From contig JAKFCY010000002.1 of assembly GCA_036676395.1 (NCBI GenBank), positions 1,088,001 through 1,152,000 on the forward strand: a DNA stretch of 64,000 nt, given 5' to 3'. Below are positions 1-10,631 of this stretch, one piece after another; positions within the stretch are counted from its first letter, which is position 1; each line of letters begins with the position of its first letter. The stretch is from Bdellovibrio sp. (GTDB lineage Bacteria; Bdellovibrionota; Bdellovibrionia; Bdellovibrionales; Bdellovibrionaceae). The notes beneath the pieces are model-generated. The model ran no database searches and was not told the DNA's origin. It saw only the letters and a list, made by a program, of their open reading frames with translations. The position numbers and the translations under genes were made by a program.

Positions 1-1
1 A

Positions 2-3000
2 CCTATTACGAAATTAGAAGTTTCTGGCGGTGTGAAAATCAGTATGGAATCTGCAGCTTGTGCTGTTAGCTTTGCCGGAACTCTACGTTATAATTCTGGT
101 TTAGTTGAATATTGTAATGGCGCTTCATGGTCAGCATTTGGTGTAGCCGGTGCAGGAATTACTTTAGTTAATGGTTCATCTTCGGGCACACAAACTTTTG
201 TAACTGGTATTAGCGGAACTAATTTTAATGTTACGACGAATAATGGAGTTCACTCGTTTAATATTCCGTCAGCAGCATCAGCTTCTGTGACCGCGGGTTT
301 ATTATCGAATACTGATTATGCCACATTCAGTGCGAAAATGAATGCAACTAGTGCGGCAGTAGTTGCAGCAATGGGTTACACGCCGGCAAATTCAAGTACG
401 GTGGCAACGATTTCTTCTAGTTTAAATACGGTTTCTTCGACGGTGACTAGTTTAACTAATTCTACGGCAGCGAGTTTTGCGGCGATCACTTCGTCGCAAT
501 GGGTAACGAGTGGTTCAACTATTAATTACATGGCAGGCGCTGTAGGAATTGGAACAACGAATCCAGGTGCGTTATTAGATTTAACTGCCGATCTTGGCAG
601 TGGACCATCGCTAAATATATATAATACGAACACATCTGATGGTCGCTCAGTCATTCATTTTCGGAATGATAGAGTTTTAAGTCAAAGATACGAAGTGGGT
701 ATTGACCCAGGTGGTTCAACTACAAAAAATTTCGCTGTTCGTGATTTGACAGCCTCAGGTTCACCAGTGCGCTTTGCGATTGCGCCTAATGGCAGAGTAG
801 GTATCGGCACAACAAGCCCGCTTGCACCGTTAGATGTTTCAGGAACTATTCGCAGTGCGATTACTGCTGATGGTAATTTTTTTACATTGCAAAGAACAGG
901 AAATAGAATTCACTATGTGCAAGGCACAGGGCAACTTTTACGCTTAAATTCTGATAGCCCTACGACTTATGATTTTCAATTAGATGCGACAAACGGAAAT
1001 ATTTTTATGGCCACAGGTTTTGGTCATGTCGGTATAGGTATCGCATCACCCAATGCGAAATTACATTTAGCTTCTGGTTCAACGACAGTCGCTCCGTTAA
1101 AAATAACTTCAGGCACATTATTATCAGCCGCACAAGCTGGTGCGGTTGAATACGATGGGTTTTATTATTATATCACTGATGGAGCGGGCACGCGCCGCGC
1201 GATTGCAACTGTCGCTAATCCGGGAACATATGATAATGCTTCTGTGATTTCATCATCAGGAAATATTTCGCTGGTGCCGGTGGGATCAGTTGTTGTTTCA
1301 AGTACAACAGCTTCAACGAATTCAAGCACTGGCGCCTTAGTCGTTACCGGTGGTTTAGGTGTTGCCGGAAATATTTATTCTTCGGGAACAATTATTACAA
1401 ATTCAACAATGCAAGCCAGTTCTGTCACTGCAACATCGGCCATGATTACCCCGATTATTTATGGTGGTACCGGAGTTTCTGGAAATTTACGTTTAGAATC
1501 GACGACGAATGTAACTAAAGGAAATATTATCTTAGCGCAGGGCTCGGGTAATGTGGGTATTGGTCAAGCTACTCCGTTGGCTAAACTTTATGTTGATGCG
1601 GATGGGATGTCGCCGAACACGCCAATGCCGGGATCAGTCGCAGTTTTTGATAATGAAGCGGCTGATATGAATATTTCATTAATGACGGCCCCACACCGTA
1701 AAGCTTCAGTTTATTTTGGTAATACCGGAACTGCTTCACGCGGAGCTGTTAGTTATCAGTTTAATTCACAAAGTTATTTAGATAAAATGCATTTCGATGT
1801 AAATTCATCAACTCGCCTGTCGATTACAGGCAGTGGCGCCGTCGGTATCGGAATCACGACTCCATTGTATCCTTTAGATATCGCAGCCTCTGGAACGCTT
1901 CCATTACGCGTTCAAAGTACGACTGACGGAAACAGTGCGGGCATCAGATTTGACACAAAAGATTCTGGAGCTTCTGCAAGAGTGGGTTATTTGAGTTGGA
2001 TTCCGGCTCTTGGTACGAACCAAAGTTATTTTGATTTTGTAAATCAAACAGGAACTTCGTTAATGAGTGTACGAGCTGATGGTAATGTCGGCGTGGGCGT
2101 AGCCGCTCCGAATGCCAGACTTCATTTAGCTTCAGGTTCAACAACAGTTGCTCCGCTAAAATTAACTGCCGGAACTTTATTAGCTTCACCAGCCTCAGGG
2201 GCCATCGAATATGATGGTACGTATTTATATTTAACTGATGGCACAAATTCTCGTAAGGCTATTTTAACTGATACGGGCGGAAATTACGCGATTAATCACC
2301 TGACTTCTGCAGGCAATATTACAATGACTCCAAATTCATCTGTCATTGTTTCTTCAACGGCGGCTTCAACAAATTCACAAACCGGTGCCTTGGTGGTAAA
2401 AGGTGGCCTTGGTGTAGCCGGAAATATTTATTCAAGTGGAACAATCGTTACCTCTTCGAATATTGAAGGTAATGGCATTAAAACTAAAGGCACAACGGCG
2501 TATTTAGAAATGCACGATACAAACACTTTGTATTCAGCAAATCCGCAATCGGCGCTCGTGTTCAGAGATAGCGGAAATTCGCAATATAGTTTTATCGGGC
2601 CAAGTAATGGTTCAATGATATGGAACAGTTGGTTGCCAATCGAATTAGATACCACTGGTGGTGTTGATTTATATGTAAGTCTAAATGGTAAAGTGGGTAT
2701 TGGAACATCGTCACCAACTAGTAATTTAGATATTAACCCTGTTGGTTACATTGCTGATAATACCTCGGCATTAAAAGTTGGTGGATCGGTTTCGGCTCCG
2801 ATTTCAGGAAGTTACGGAAGTTCAAAAATTTCACTGAGCGCAAATTATGTAGGTTACGGCGCAGGCCCGCGCGCGATTAATCTTTATCCGTCTACGCAAG
2901 TTGACGGGCATGGTATTGGTTTATCAAATGGCTTAACAGAACTTTATAGTAACGGAAATTTTGGTTTCTTTGTTAGACCAAATCGTGCGGATGTGAATGG

Positions 3001-4609
3001 AACATACACTTCAACTGAAGTGGTCCGAATGACTTCGACGGGGCGTATGGGTATCGGAACCAGTGCGCCAGCAACACAATTACATATTAAAGGAACTGGT
3101 CCGTATATAGCTTTTGAAGACTCAGAAGATCCTAATGGTTCATATGGTAGTATTACACAGTTTCAAAACGGCAACATGTTCTATGATGCAGATTTTAATA
3201 ATACGGCAACTCCGGGTGGTCATGTTTTTAGAACAGACGGCGGCGCAAATACGATTATGACTATGACCAGTTCAGGTCATGTGGGTATTGGTACGATCGC
3301 GCCAGAAGTTAATCTACATGTTAACAGTGCTACTACGCCGCATGTTTCAGGAACTGAACTGCTTCGTTTAACGGCGCCTCATCTAGGTGCAACGATAGGT
3401 AGCGGCGGAATTTTAAAATTCACAAATAATGTGGCTACAGCAGATGCTGCCGCTATTAGAACTTATACTCACGGAGCGAATGACGTTTCATTAAAATTTA
3501 TGACTGGATACGGATCTGGAACTTTGCAAGACCGTATGACAATCGCTAATAATGGTAACGTCGGTATCGGTACGGCCACGCCAGCACAGAAATTATCTGT
3601 CGTCGGTGATGTATCTGTAACTGGTCAGCTCACTTCAAAAGATTTCTTTGAAAAGACAGTTAACATTGCAGATGGCTGGGCCATCGGCGATTATGTTGAA
3701 ATCGTGCAAGGCTGGCCAAATGGTGCCGGGGCTTCAAGTAATTGGGAAGTTCACGTCGGCGGTACGCGTGGTAATTGGACTGAAGGCACGACTTACCTAA
3801 TCACAGGAACGCATGCTGTTGGCAATGCATGGAGAGAAGCACCTCATAGTTCAGAGAGTGGCTACACTGGCGGTAGTAAATGTTTTACTGTTGATATTAA
3901 TGGTAATGCAAATTCACCGCAATTTAGAATCAGAGCCATAAAAGCCAGCGCTAGTTGTGGTACGGCTGGGGCAGTATTGCCGTTAAATTTCAGAATACGA
4001 TCACTTGGAAATAATGCAACTTGGACAAGTTTGTCTGCAACGGGCACCGGCGCAACCGTTGTTGGTATGCAGCCTATGGGATTATCTTGGAATGTTTATA
4101 CAGGCAATCCGCAAGGCAATGGTAATTTGGCCATTCATGCAAATAGTGCCGGTAATGTCGGTATCGGAACAACTGCACCAAGTGAAAAACTAGAAGTCAG
4201 CGGCAGTGTGAAAGCTACAGCTTATTTATACACTTCGGATGAACGTTTGAAAAAAGAAATTGTCACTTTGCCTGATGCGCTGACAAAAGCTTTACAGCTT
4301 CGCGGTGTGAATTTTGTCTGGAGAAATAACAACGAAAAAACTGTGGGCTTTATTGCCCAAGAAGTTGAAGCCGTTTATCCAGAGTTAGTAAAAACCGATA
4401 AAGTTTCTGGGTTTAAAGCTGTTCAATACGGTAATATCGTAGCCATTTTAGTTGAAGCCTTAAAACAAGAGCACGAAGAGCGCGTCAGATCAGTGGCTAA
4501 CGTGGCTGAAAAATCTGAAATGCGCATGAATCAACTTGAAAAAGAAAATCAGGACCTTAAAGCGCGTCTTGAAAAACTAGAAAAATTCTTTAGCGAAAAG
4601 ACAAAATGA
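2..4609 (+). CDS. Mosaic adhesive fibre (MAT-like, phage tail-fibre-like) protein with C-terminal peptidase S74 chaperone; 5'-partial
   Basis: Frame is open from base 2 (PITKLEVSGGVKISME), so the N-terminus lies outside the window. About 11 GxVGIG(T)-type repeats, a YTPA motif, TSDERLKKEI S74 start and a C-terminal coiled coil. Confidence 0.9.
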   Translation, partial: PITKLEVSGGVKISMESAACAVSFAGTLRYNSGLVEYCNGASWSAFGVAGAGITLVNGSSSGTQTFVTGISGTNFNVTTNNGVHSFNIPSAASASVTAGLLSNTDYATFSAKMNATSAAVVAAMGYTPANSSTVATISSSLNTVSSTVTSLTNSTAASFAAITSSQWVTSGSTINYMAGAVGIGTTNPGALLDLTADLGSGPSLNIYNTNTSDGRSVIHFRNDRVLSQRYEVGIDPGGSTTKNFAVRDLTASGSPVRFAIAPNGRVGIGTTSPLAPLDVSGTIRSAITADGNFFTLQRTGNRIHYVQGTGQLLRLNSDSPTTYDFQLDATNGNIFMATGFGHVGIGIASPNAKLHLASGSTTVAPLKITSGTLLSAAQAGAVEYDGFYYYITDGAGTRRAIATVANPGTYDNASVISSSGNISLVPVGSVVVSSTTASTNSSTGALVVTGGLGVAGNIYSSGTIITNSTMQASSVTATSAMITPIIYGGTGVSGNLRLESTTNVTKGNIILAQGSGNVGIGQATPLAKLYVDADGMSPNTPMPGSVAVFDNEAADMNISLMTAPHRKASVYFGNTGTASRGAVSYQFNSQSYLDKMHFDVNSSTRLSITGSGAVGIGITTPLYPLDIAASGTLPLRVQSTTDGNSAGIRFDTKDSGASARVGYLSWIPALGTNQSYFDFVNQTGTSLMSVRADGNVGVGVAAPNARLHLASGSTTVAPLKLTAGTLLASPASGAIEYDGTYLYLTDGTNSRKAILTDTGGNYAINHLTSAGNITMTPNSSVIVSSTAASTNSQTGALVVKGGLGVAGNIYSSGTIVTSSNIEGNGIKTKGTTAYLEMHDTNTLYSANPQSALVFRDSGNSQYSFIGPSNGSMIWNSWLPIELDTTGGVDLYVSLNGKVGIGTSSPTSNLDINPVGYIADNTSALKVGGSVSAPISGSYGSSKISLSANYVGYGAGPRAINLYPSTQVDGHGIGLSNGLTELYSNGNFGFFVRPNRADVNGTYTSTEVVRMTSTGRMGIGTSAPATQLHIKGTGPYIAFEDSEDPNGSYGSITQFQNGNMFYDADFNNTATPGGHVFRTDGGANTIMTMTSSGHVGIGTIAPEVNLHVNSATTPHVSGTELLRLTAPHLGATIGSGGILKFTNNVATADAAAIRTYTHGANDVSLKFMTGYGSGTLQDRMTIANNGNVGIGTATPAQKLSVVGDVSVTGQLTSKDFFEKTVNIADGWAIGDYVEIVQGWPNGAGASSNWEVHVGGTRGNWTEGTTYLITGTHAVGNAWREAPHSSESGYTGGSKCFTVDINGNANSPQFRIRAIKASASCGTAGAVLPLNFRIRSLGNNATWTSLSATGTGATVVGMQPMGLSWNVYTGNPQGNGNLAIHANSAGNVGIGTTAPSEKLEVSGSVKATAYLYTSDERLKKEIVTLPDALTKALQLRGVNFVWRNNNEKTVGFIAQEVEAVYPELVKTDKVSGFKAVQYGNIVAILVEALKQEHEERVRSVANVAEKSEMRMNQLEKENQDLKARLEKLEKFFSEKTK

Positions 4610-6069
4610 AAAAGCTTCTAGTTTTACTTATCTTTTTGCCAATGCTGATCGGGATTAATAACCTGACCGATGGTTATCGTATTCCTGCAGCAGGTGGATC
4701 GACTAGAATTTATGCCAAAAATGGTGGAGCTCAAGGGGCTTGTTACACTGTTCAGAATAATCATGCGACAAATGATTTATTTGTTCCGACGAAGTCTGTT
4801 GCTGAGTGGACAGCTTTTATTGCGGGAACTCCAACATTTGCAGCTAAAACTTTATGCCAGCCAAAATCATGCAAAGAAATTATGACTCTGATGGGAAGCC
4901 CGGCTGATGGAGTTTACACCATTGATTCAGATGGTGCCGGAGTGGGCACTTCTTATCAAACTTACTGTGATATGACCACAGACGGTGGCGGTTGGACGAG
5001 AATTTTTCGTCATCATGTAGCTGGTGGATATTTTACGACTACATCTGATGCGATCACGAAAAACACCAATGATGCAAATAATAATTTATACTCGGCATTA
5101 AATAAAATTCCTGATTTTGTTAGTAATGGAAAATACCGCTTTCGTATGAATTGGCCGGGTTACCCGCAAAAAAATATTTGGATTCAGACAACGAATCCGC
5201 TGGATGACGTAGATGTAGCGGGTGTTATTCCGATTGCAGTAAATACCTTTGCGCAGACTAGATTACTTAACTGGGGTGGCATTGAATTGGGTAACGGAAC
5301 ACATGGCCCAACCAATGGTGATGCTTCATTGATTGATGGATCTATTGAACACACTAATTGGTTTTTTGCCATTGGTAGTGATGCTGCTTATTCTACTCCG
5401 CCGGGAATTCCGGCCGATACGCCGCTTGCAAGTGGTGGGGTTTCTGAAACGGTGTTATGGATTAAAGAAGATGATGTTGTCGTGTCTTACAACTCGTGTA
5501 AAGCTATTTTAGATGCAGGAGCTTCAACAGGTTCAGGCATTTACACCATTGATCCGGGAAGTCTTGGTTCGCCTATTCCAGTTTATTGTGACATGACCAC
5601 AGACGGTGGCGGCTGGACAAGAGCTTTTTATCATACGGTATCAGGTGCTTTGTTTGTAAATAATGCCGAAGCATTAAATAGCAATCAAAGTGCACCATTG
5701 AATACGATTAAATACTCAATCTTAAATCGCCTTTCTGGATTTTTACGAGCGGGAAAATACGAATTAAAAATAAACTGGCCAGACAGTGGAAGCACGGCGC
5801 GCAATTGGTGGACACAAACCAGCAACTTCACCTCGCAACCTGCGGCTGGTTATGTCGGCGTTGCCATTGAGTCTACAAGTAATTTTTGGGGCGGGCTTGA
5901 ATTCGGAAACGAAGGCACAACATTAGCTGATGGATCAGTGGGTAGTGGAACCTGGTTCTATTCTATCGGGGCGCAAACAAATTGGGGAACGCCAGATGGG
6001 CTGCCGGCTTCGGATCAAATTTTTGGTTCTGGGGTTGGTGTGCCTAAAGTCGAACTTTGGATCAAGTAG
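4606..6069 (+). CDS. Secreted protein with two tandem fibrinogen-C-like (YCDMTTDGGGW) domains
   Basis: N-terminal signal peptide. Two copies of SCKxI...GxYTID...YCDMTTDGGGWTR...WGGxExG...WFxxIG...LWIK. ATGA overlap with the upstream fibre stop. Confidence 0.85.
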   Translation: MKKLLVLLIFLPMLIGINNLTDGYRIPAAGGSTRIYAKNGGAQGACYTVQNNHATNDLFVPTKSVAEWTAFIAGTPTFAAKTLCQPKSCKEIMTLMGSPADGVYTIDSDGAGVGTSYQTYCDMTTDGGGWTRIFRHHVAGGYFTTTSDAITKNTNDANNNLYSALNKIPDFVSNGKYRFRMNWPGYPQKNIWIQTTNPLDDVDVAGVIPIAVNTFAQTRLLNWGGIELGNGTHGPTNGDASLIDGSIEHTNWFFAIGSDAAYSTPPGIPADTPLASGGVSETVLWIKEDDVVVSYNSCKAILDAGASTGSGIYTIDPGSLGSPIPVYCDMTTDGGGWTRAFYHTVSGALFVNNAEALNSNQSAPLNTIKYSILNRLSGFLRAGKYELKINWPDSGSTARNWWTQTSNFTSQPAAGYVGVAIESTSNFWGGLEFGNEGTTLADGSVGSGTWFYSIGAQTNWGTPDGLPASDQIFGSGVGVPKVELWIK

Positions 6070-6070
6070 T

Positions 6071-6085
6071 GTTTCATTGTGAAAC
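6071..6085. promoter_or_regulatory. Perfect 6-3-6 palindrome GTTTCA-TTG-TGAAAC, putative transcription factor site
   Basis: Intergenic, upstream of fibre 2; degenerate copies recur in other intergenic regions of the window. Confidence 0.45.
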
Positions 6086-6136
6086 GAAAACTTAAAGATT
6101 TCGCGCCAAAAAAGTTTTATAAAAGCGTCAAAAATA

Positions 6137-6153
6137 CCGACAAGTTAAGAGTG
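6137..6153 (+). promoter_or_regulatory. Putative sigma28 (FliA)-type -10 element directly before the GTG start
   Basis: CCGACAA-GTTAAGA-GTG; same spacing before fibres 3 and 4. The -35 match is weak. Confidence 0.55.
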
Positions 6154-9100
6154 AAAAGTAGACGTTGGCAGGATAAATTTCTGAACCATTTTGCGTTTTT
6201 ATTTTTTGTGTTTACAGTGTTAAACACATTCAGTGCCTTTGCTGGTCCAACACGCACAACTTATCAAGCTAAAATTGTTAAACCTGATGGTTACCCACTT
6301 GAAGCCTCGAATGTAAATTTTAAATTCACGATTTTAGATCCTTCAGGAAGCTGTATTCTTTTTGCTGAAACTTATAATTCAGTGAATATGTCTTCAACTG
6401 GTGGGTTAATTTCTTTTTCACTGGGTGCTGGTGTAAAAACTTTTCCGGTCAGTGGTACAACGTTTGAACAAGTTTTTTCTAATATTACACCGAACATGGC
6501 TTGTGATACGGGTGGTGCACCTGCAGTTTATACGCCGATGGCCAATGATGCCCGTAAGATCGTGATGCAGTTTCATGATGGTTTAGGTTGGCAAACACTG
6601 CCTGCAATGAATATCAATGCTGTGCCTTACGCGATGTATGCCAATGATTCGCAAAAATTTAATGGCATGGTTCCATCTGAATTTGTACAAGTGTCGACTA
6701 TTCCAACATGTACAGCTTCAGAAGCTTTACGCTACACAGGTTCAGCTTTTCAATGTGTAACCGCGGGTGGTGAATCTGTTTCTTCTGGTTCTGTCATCAC
6801 AGCTCTTGGTTACACGCCGGCAGACAGTGCAACTGTATCGACAGTTTCTACTTACGCATCGAATGTAAGTTCAACGGTGTTTTCAGTTTCTTCGACGGTT
6901 TCATCATTTCAATCATCAGTGGCGGCCAGTTTTTCAGCCATCGTAAATTCACAGTGGATAACAAGTGGCACAGCTCTTGGTTATGATGCGGGTCGAGTTG
7001 GTATTGGCACTTTAAATCCTGCTTATAATTTACATGTCATGCAACCGGTGAGTGGTCCAACCAGTGTGACTATCGATGCTTTTTCAGGAACGCCCGGAAT
7101 TTATTTTCGTAAAGCTAACGGTACGGCAGCTACTCCTCAGGCCGTGTCAAACAGCACAGCTCTTTTAGAAATTGCAGCAGTTGGGCACGGGCAAACTGCA
7201 TACCTTTCAAGTTCAGCGGCAAAAATGATTATGGCCGCCGAAGAAGATTGGACAGACGCAACAGGTGCAGCATCAATTCGTTTTCACACGCGTGGTTCAA
7301 GTACGACAGCTGCTTCACTAGAAAGAATGCGCATCGATAAAAATGGTAACGTCGGTATTGGCACTGTTACGCCAATGACTAAGTTAGATGTTTCAGGTGG
7401 TGTGCGGATCAGTATGGAAGTTGCAGCCTGTGCGGTAAGTTTTGCAGGTACGCTTCGTTATAATTCTGGTGTTGTCGAATATTGTAATGGATCAGCGTGG
7501 ACTCAATTTGGAATAAGTGGTGCAGGTATCACAGCGTTGAACGGTTTAGTTTCTGGATCGCAAACTTTTGCGCTTGGAAATTCAGGAACGTTACCAAATA
7601 TTTCTTCAACCGGTTCGGTTCATACTTTTAATTTTCCGTATGCGGCTTCAGCAGGTGTGACTTCAGGTTTAATTTCAAACACTGATTACGCAACTTTTAA
7701 TAACAAACAATCAGCTACAAGTGCCGCGATGATTGCAACACTTGGGTATACTCCGGCAAATGCTGTGAGTGTAACAACTCTTTCTTCAACGGTAGCAACC
7801 ATGCAGGCCTCTGTTGCTACCATCACAAGTTCACAATGGGTAACCAGCGGGACTGCGGTTTATTACAATGCAGGTAACGTAGGTATAGGCACAAGCTCTC
7901 CGACGTCTCGCTTAGATTTATCAGCTAATGCTGTTGTTGATGCCAACACTTTAACGTTTAGTAATTTAACTCAAAGTACAAATGTCATTCTGCGCACAAA
8001 AGACTATATGAATAATTTAGGCTGGCAAATCGCAGCAGCCGGTGGTTCGCAAGAATTATTTCATATTCGTGATGGCGCAGGTAACCCAAGATTATTTATT
8101 AACACAGCTAACAACACAATGGGTGTGGGTGCTGCAAGCGCTACCGCAAGATTACATATTACTTCTGGTACAGCCGCTATTCCTGCCTTCAAATTTACTT
8201 CTGGTACTTTAGTAACTACACCACAATCAGGTTCGATGGAATTTGATGGGTTTAATTTTTACTTAACAGATACCTCGGGAATTCGCCGCACGATTGCGAC
8301 AGGAGCAAGTTCTAGCAGTATTGATAATGCTTCAATAATTAATTCATCAGGTCATATCACGATGGTTCCACAAGCGGGATCAGTGATCGTGTCGAGCACA
8401 ACGGCCAGCATAAATTCGGCAACGGGTGCGCTTGTTGTTAAGGGTGGAGTTGGTGTATCAGGCGATGCTAATATTGCCGGTACCGTAACCGCTGCCAATG
8501 CCATTTTAGGTTTATCGACTGGAATGGTTGGCATTGGTGCTTCAACGCCAACGACAAAACTAGATGTTAGATCTGAAGGTGCGCTCAAAGTCGCGCGTAT
8601 TCAATACAGCGGTACAGGTTTTGCGACGCAACCCAATTTAGAAATGTTTCGCTCGCGTGGAACCATTGATTCGCCAACTGCAGTTTTAGCTAATGATGTT
8701 TTAGGTTCTTGGTCTGCCATCGGTCACAATGGTGTATCGTTTGGTGCAGGATCAACAGCTGGAATTTTAATTCGCGCTACACAAAATTTTTCGGGGACCA
8801 GTGCTGGGTCATATATGACATTTAATACGACGGCCTCAGGCACATCGACTCAAGTTGAAAGAATGCGTATTGATAATCTGGGTAATGTCGGTTTAGGTAC
8901 GACAGCTCCAGATGCGCGTTTAGATGTGGTAGGCGCAATTAAAATTACCGGATTTTCATCCGGAACTTTCATGTATGTAAATGATAATGCCAGTAGTGGT
9001 ACGCCGTTAAATGACGGTGCCCGTTTCATTTACGATGGTAATGCCTTCGGCGGTAACTATGATGCCGTTGTTTTTGAAAAAACAGATGCAAATAATGTAG

Positions 9101-10515
9101 TTCCTGATGGGGGAATTTTATTTGCCAATCGGGGCTCAGATAATATTCGGCAGCCGGCGCTGGCCATTCGCGGTACGGGTAACGTGGGTATTGGTACTGT
9201 GACTCCCACTGCAGGATTACACATTTCAACAACCGGAACCTCAACGCGTGCTCTTCGCATTGTAGCGACGACTTCAGCTACAGGGGGATATGCCGAAGCT
9301 CAATTTGCATCTGATGCGCGCGAATATCGTATCGGTGTGGGTAATTCGAGTGAAGTTTCGCACGACGTTGCCGGCAAATATTATCTTTACGATGGAGCCT
9401 CAAACACGATGCGTATGGTTGTGAATAGTATGGGTAATATCGGTGTTGGCACGCCAAATCCTGGAGTTCCATTACAAATTAATACGAGCGCTCCTTCTGC
9501 TAATCCACATCCTTACAGAGTGGGTTTTTTAGTTAACGGAGAAGGAACAAATCTGACGGGGCGTATTGGGTTGCGAGTTGCATCAGATATTGAGACCCCA
9601 TATATATTAGCGCACAGAAGCCGTGGTACTCTCGATGCGCCAACGGCCGTACAAACTGGCGATGTGTTGTTGTCAATTTTGCCTATCCCCTATGATGGTA
9701 CGTCATATGGAACTTATGCATCTGAAATTAGATTTGCAGCTTCAGAAAATTGGTCGCCAACGAATAAAGGATCGGACATTGTTTTTAAAACTGTTCCTAA
9801 TGGCCAAGTCAGCCAGATAACAGCTGTTAAAATTTCAAATGATGGTTTTGTAGGTATTGGCACAGCTAGTCCGCAAAGAAAACTTCATGTGTCTGGAGAT
9901 GCAACCATTAATGCTATTCTTGGTGGTGAAAATAACGGTTCAGGAAACTTTCACCTTGATGCCTGGAGCTCAGGAGCCGACCGTTCAGTGTATTTGAATT
10001 GGTCAAGCGGAACAGGTGGAGCCAAAGTCGGTAACGGAAGTTCTACATGGGGCCCGATTGCGGCTTCGGCGTTTAATGTGTCATCAGATAGACGTTTGAA
10101 AGCAAATATTAAACCCATTGAAAATTCGTTAGAGAAAATTTTAAAAATTGATGCTGTTACTTTCACCTGGAAAGAATCCTCTCGTCATAAAATGGAAGGC
10201 GAACGTATTGGTTTAATTGCTCAAAATGTTGAAAAAGTATTTCCGCAAGCGGTTAAATTAGATCACAGTGAAAATGCTTTACCAGGTGGTACGAGACTGG
10301 TGAATTATCCAGACTTAGTTTCGCCAATCATCGCTGCAATTAAAGAATTTTATTCTTTATGGATTAATGATTCAAAAGATTTACATCGTGAAATTGCTTC
10401 GGTTAAACAAGAAAATGAAACGCTTAAATTAGAAAATATCGAAAAAGAAAAACAGCTCAATGATATTCGTGCCTACCTGTGTGCCAAGGATCCGAAAGCT
10501 CCGATCTGCCAATAA
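6151..10515 (+). CDS. Mosaic adhesive fibre (MAT-like) protein with S74 chaperone
   Basis: Start moved from 6079 to GTG 6151, giving a normal signal peptide (...SAFA|GPTRTTYQ). Conserved N-terminal domain, GxVGIG repeats, SSDRRLK S74 motif, coiled-coil tail. Confidence 0.9.
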   Translation: MKSRRWQDKFLNHFAFLFFVFTVLNTFSAFAGPTRTTYQAKIVKPDGYPLEASNVNFKFTILDPSGSCILFAETYNSVNMSSTGGLISFSLGAGVKTFPVSGTTFEQVFSNITPNMACDTGGAPAVYTPMANDARKIVMQFHDGLGWQTLPAMNINAVPYAMYANDSQKFNGMVPSEFVQVSTIPTCTASEALRYTGSAFQCVTAGGESVSSGSVITALGYTPADSATVSTVSTYASNVSSTVFSVSSTVSSFQSSVAASFSAIVNSQWITSGTALGYDAGRVGIGTLNPAYNLHVMQPVSGPTSVTIDAFSGTPGIYFRKANGTAATPQAVSNSTALLEIAAVGHGQTAYLSSSAAKMIMAAEEDWTDATGAASIRFHTRGSSTTAASLERMRIDKNGNVGIGTVTPMTKLDVSGGVRISMEVAACAVSFAGTLRYNSGVVEYCNGSAWTQFGISGAGITALNGLVSGSQTFALGNSGTLPNISSTGSVHTFNFPYAASAGVTSGLISNTDYATFNNKQSATSAAMIATLGYTPANAVSVTTLSSTVATMQASVATITSSQWVTSGTAVYYNAGNVGIGTSSPTSRLDLSANAVVDANTLTFSNLTQSTNVILRTKDYMNNLGWQIAAAGGSQELFHIRDGAGNPRLFINTANNTMGVGAASATARLHITSGTAAIPAFKFTSGTLVTTPQSGSMEFDGFNFYLTDTSGIRRTIATGASSSSIDNASIINSSGHITMVPQAGSVIVSSTTASINSATGALVVKGGVGVSGDANIAGTVTAANAILGLSTGMVGIGASTPTTKLDVRSEGALKVARIQYSGTGFATQPNLEMFRSRGTIDSPTAVLANDVLGSWSAIGHNGVSFGAGSTAGILIRATQNFSGTSAGSYMTFNTTASGTSTQVERMRIDNLGNVGLGTTAPDARLDVVGAIKITGFSSGTFMYVNDNASSGTPLNDGARFIYDGNAFGGNYDAVVFEKTDANNVVPDGGILFANRGSDNIRQPALAIRGTGNVGIGTVTPTAGLHISTTGTSTRALRIVATTSATGGYAEAQFASDAREYRIGVGNSSEVSHDVAGKYYLYDGASNTMRMVVNSMGNIGVGTPNPGVPLQINTSAPSANPHPYRVGFLVNGEGTNLTGRIGLRVASDIETPYILAHRSRGTLDAPTAVQTGDVLLSILPIPYDGTSYGTYASEIRFAASENWSPTNKGSDIVFKTVPNGQVSQITAVKISNDGFVGIGTASPQRKLHVSGDATINAILGGENNGSGNFHLDAWSSGADRSVYLNWSSGTGGAKVGNGSSTWGPIAASAFNVSSDRRLKANIKPIENSLEKILKIDAVTFTWKESSRHKMEGERIGLIAQNVEKVFPQAVKLDHSENALPGGTRLVNYPDLVSPIIAAIKEFYSLWINDSKDLHREIASVKQENETLKLENIEKEKQLNDIRAYLCAKDPKAPICQ

Positions 10516-10614
10516 CCTGAGAAACTAGACCAGTAAGCGATTCACCTTGAGGCAAAACCTGTTTCGAATTGAGTCAATTCCTGCATCTAAAATTCATTAA
10601 CAAATTCAATTATT

Positions 10615-10631
10615 CCGATAAGTTAAGAGTG
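10615..10631 (+). promoter_or_regulatory. Putative sigma28-type -10 element directly before the GTG start
   Basis: CCGATAA-GTTAAGA-GTG, close to the GCCGATAA consensus. Confidence 0.6.
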
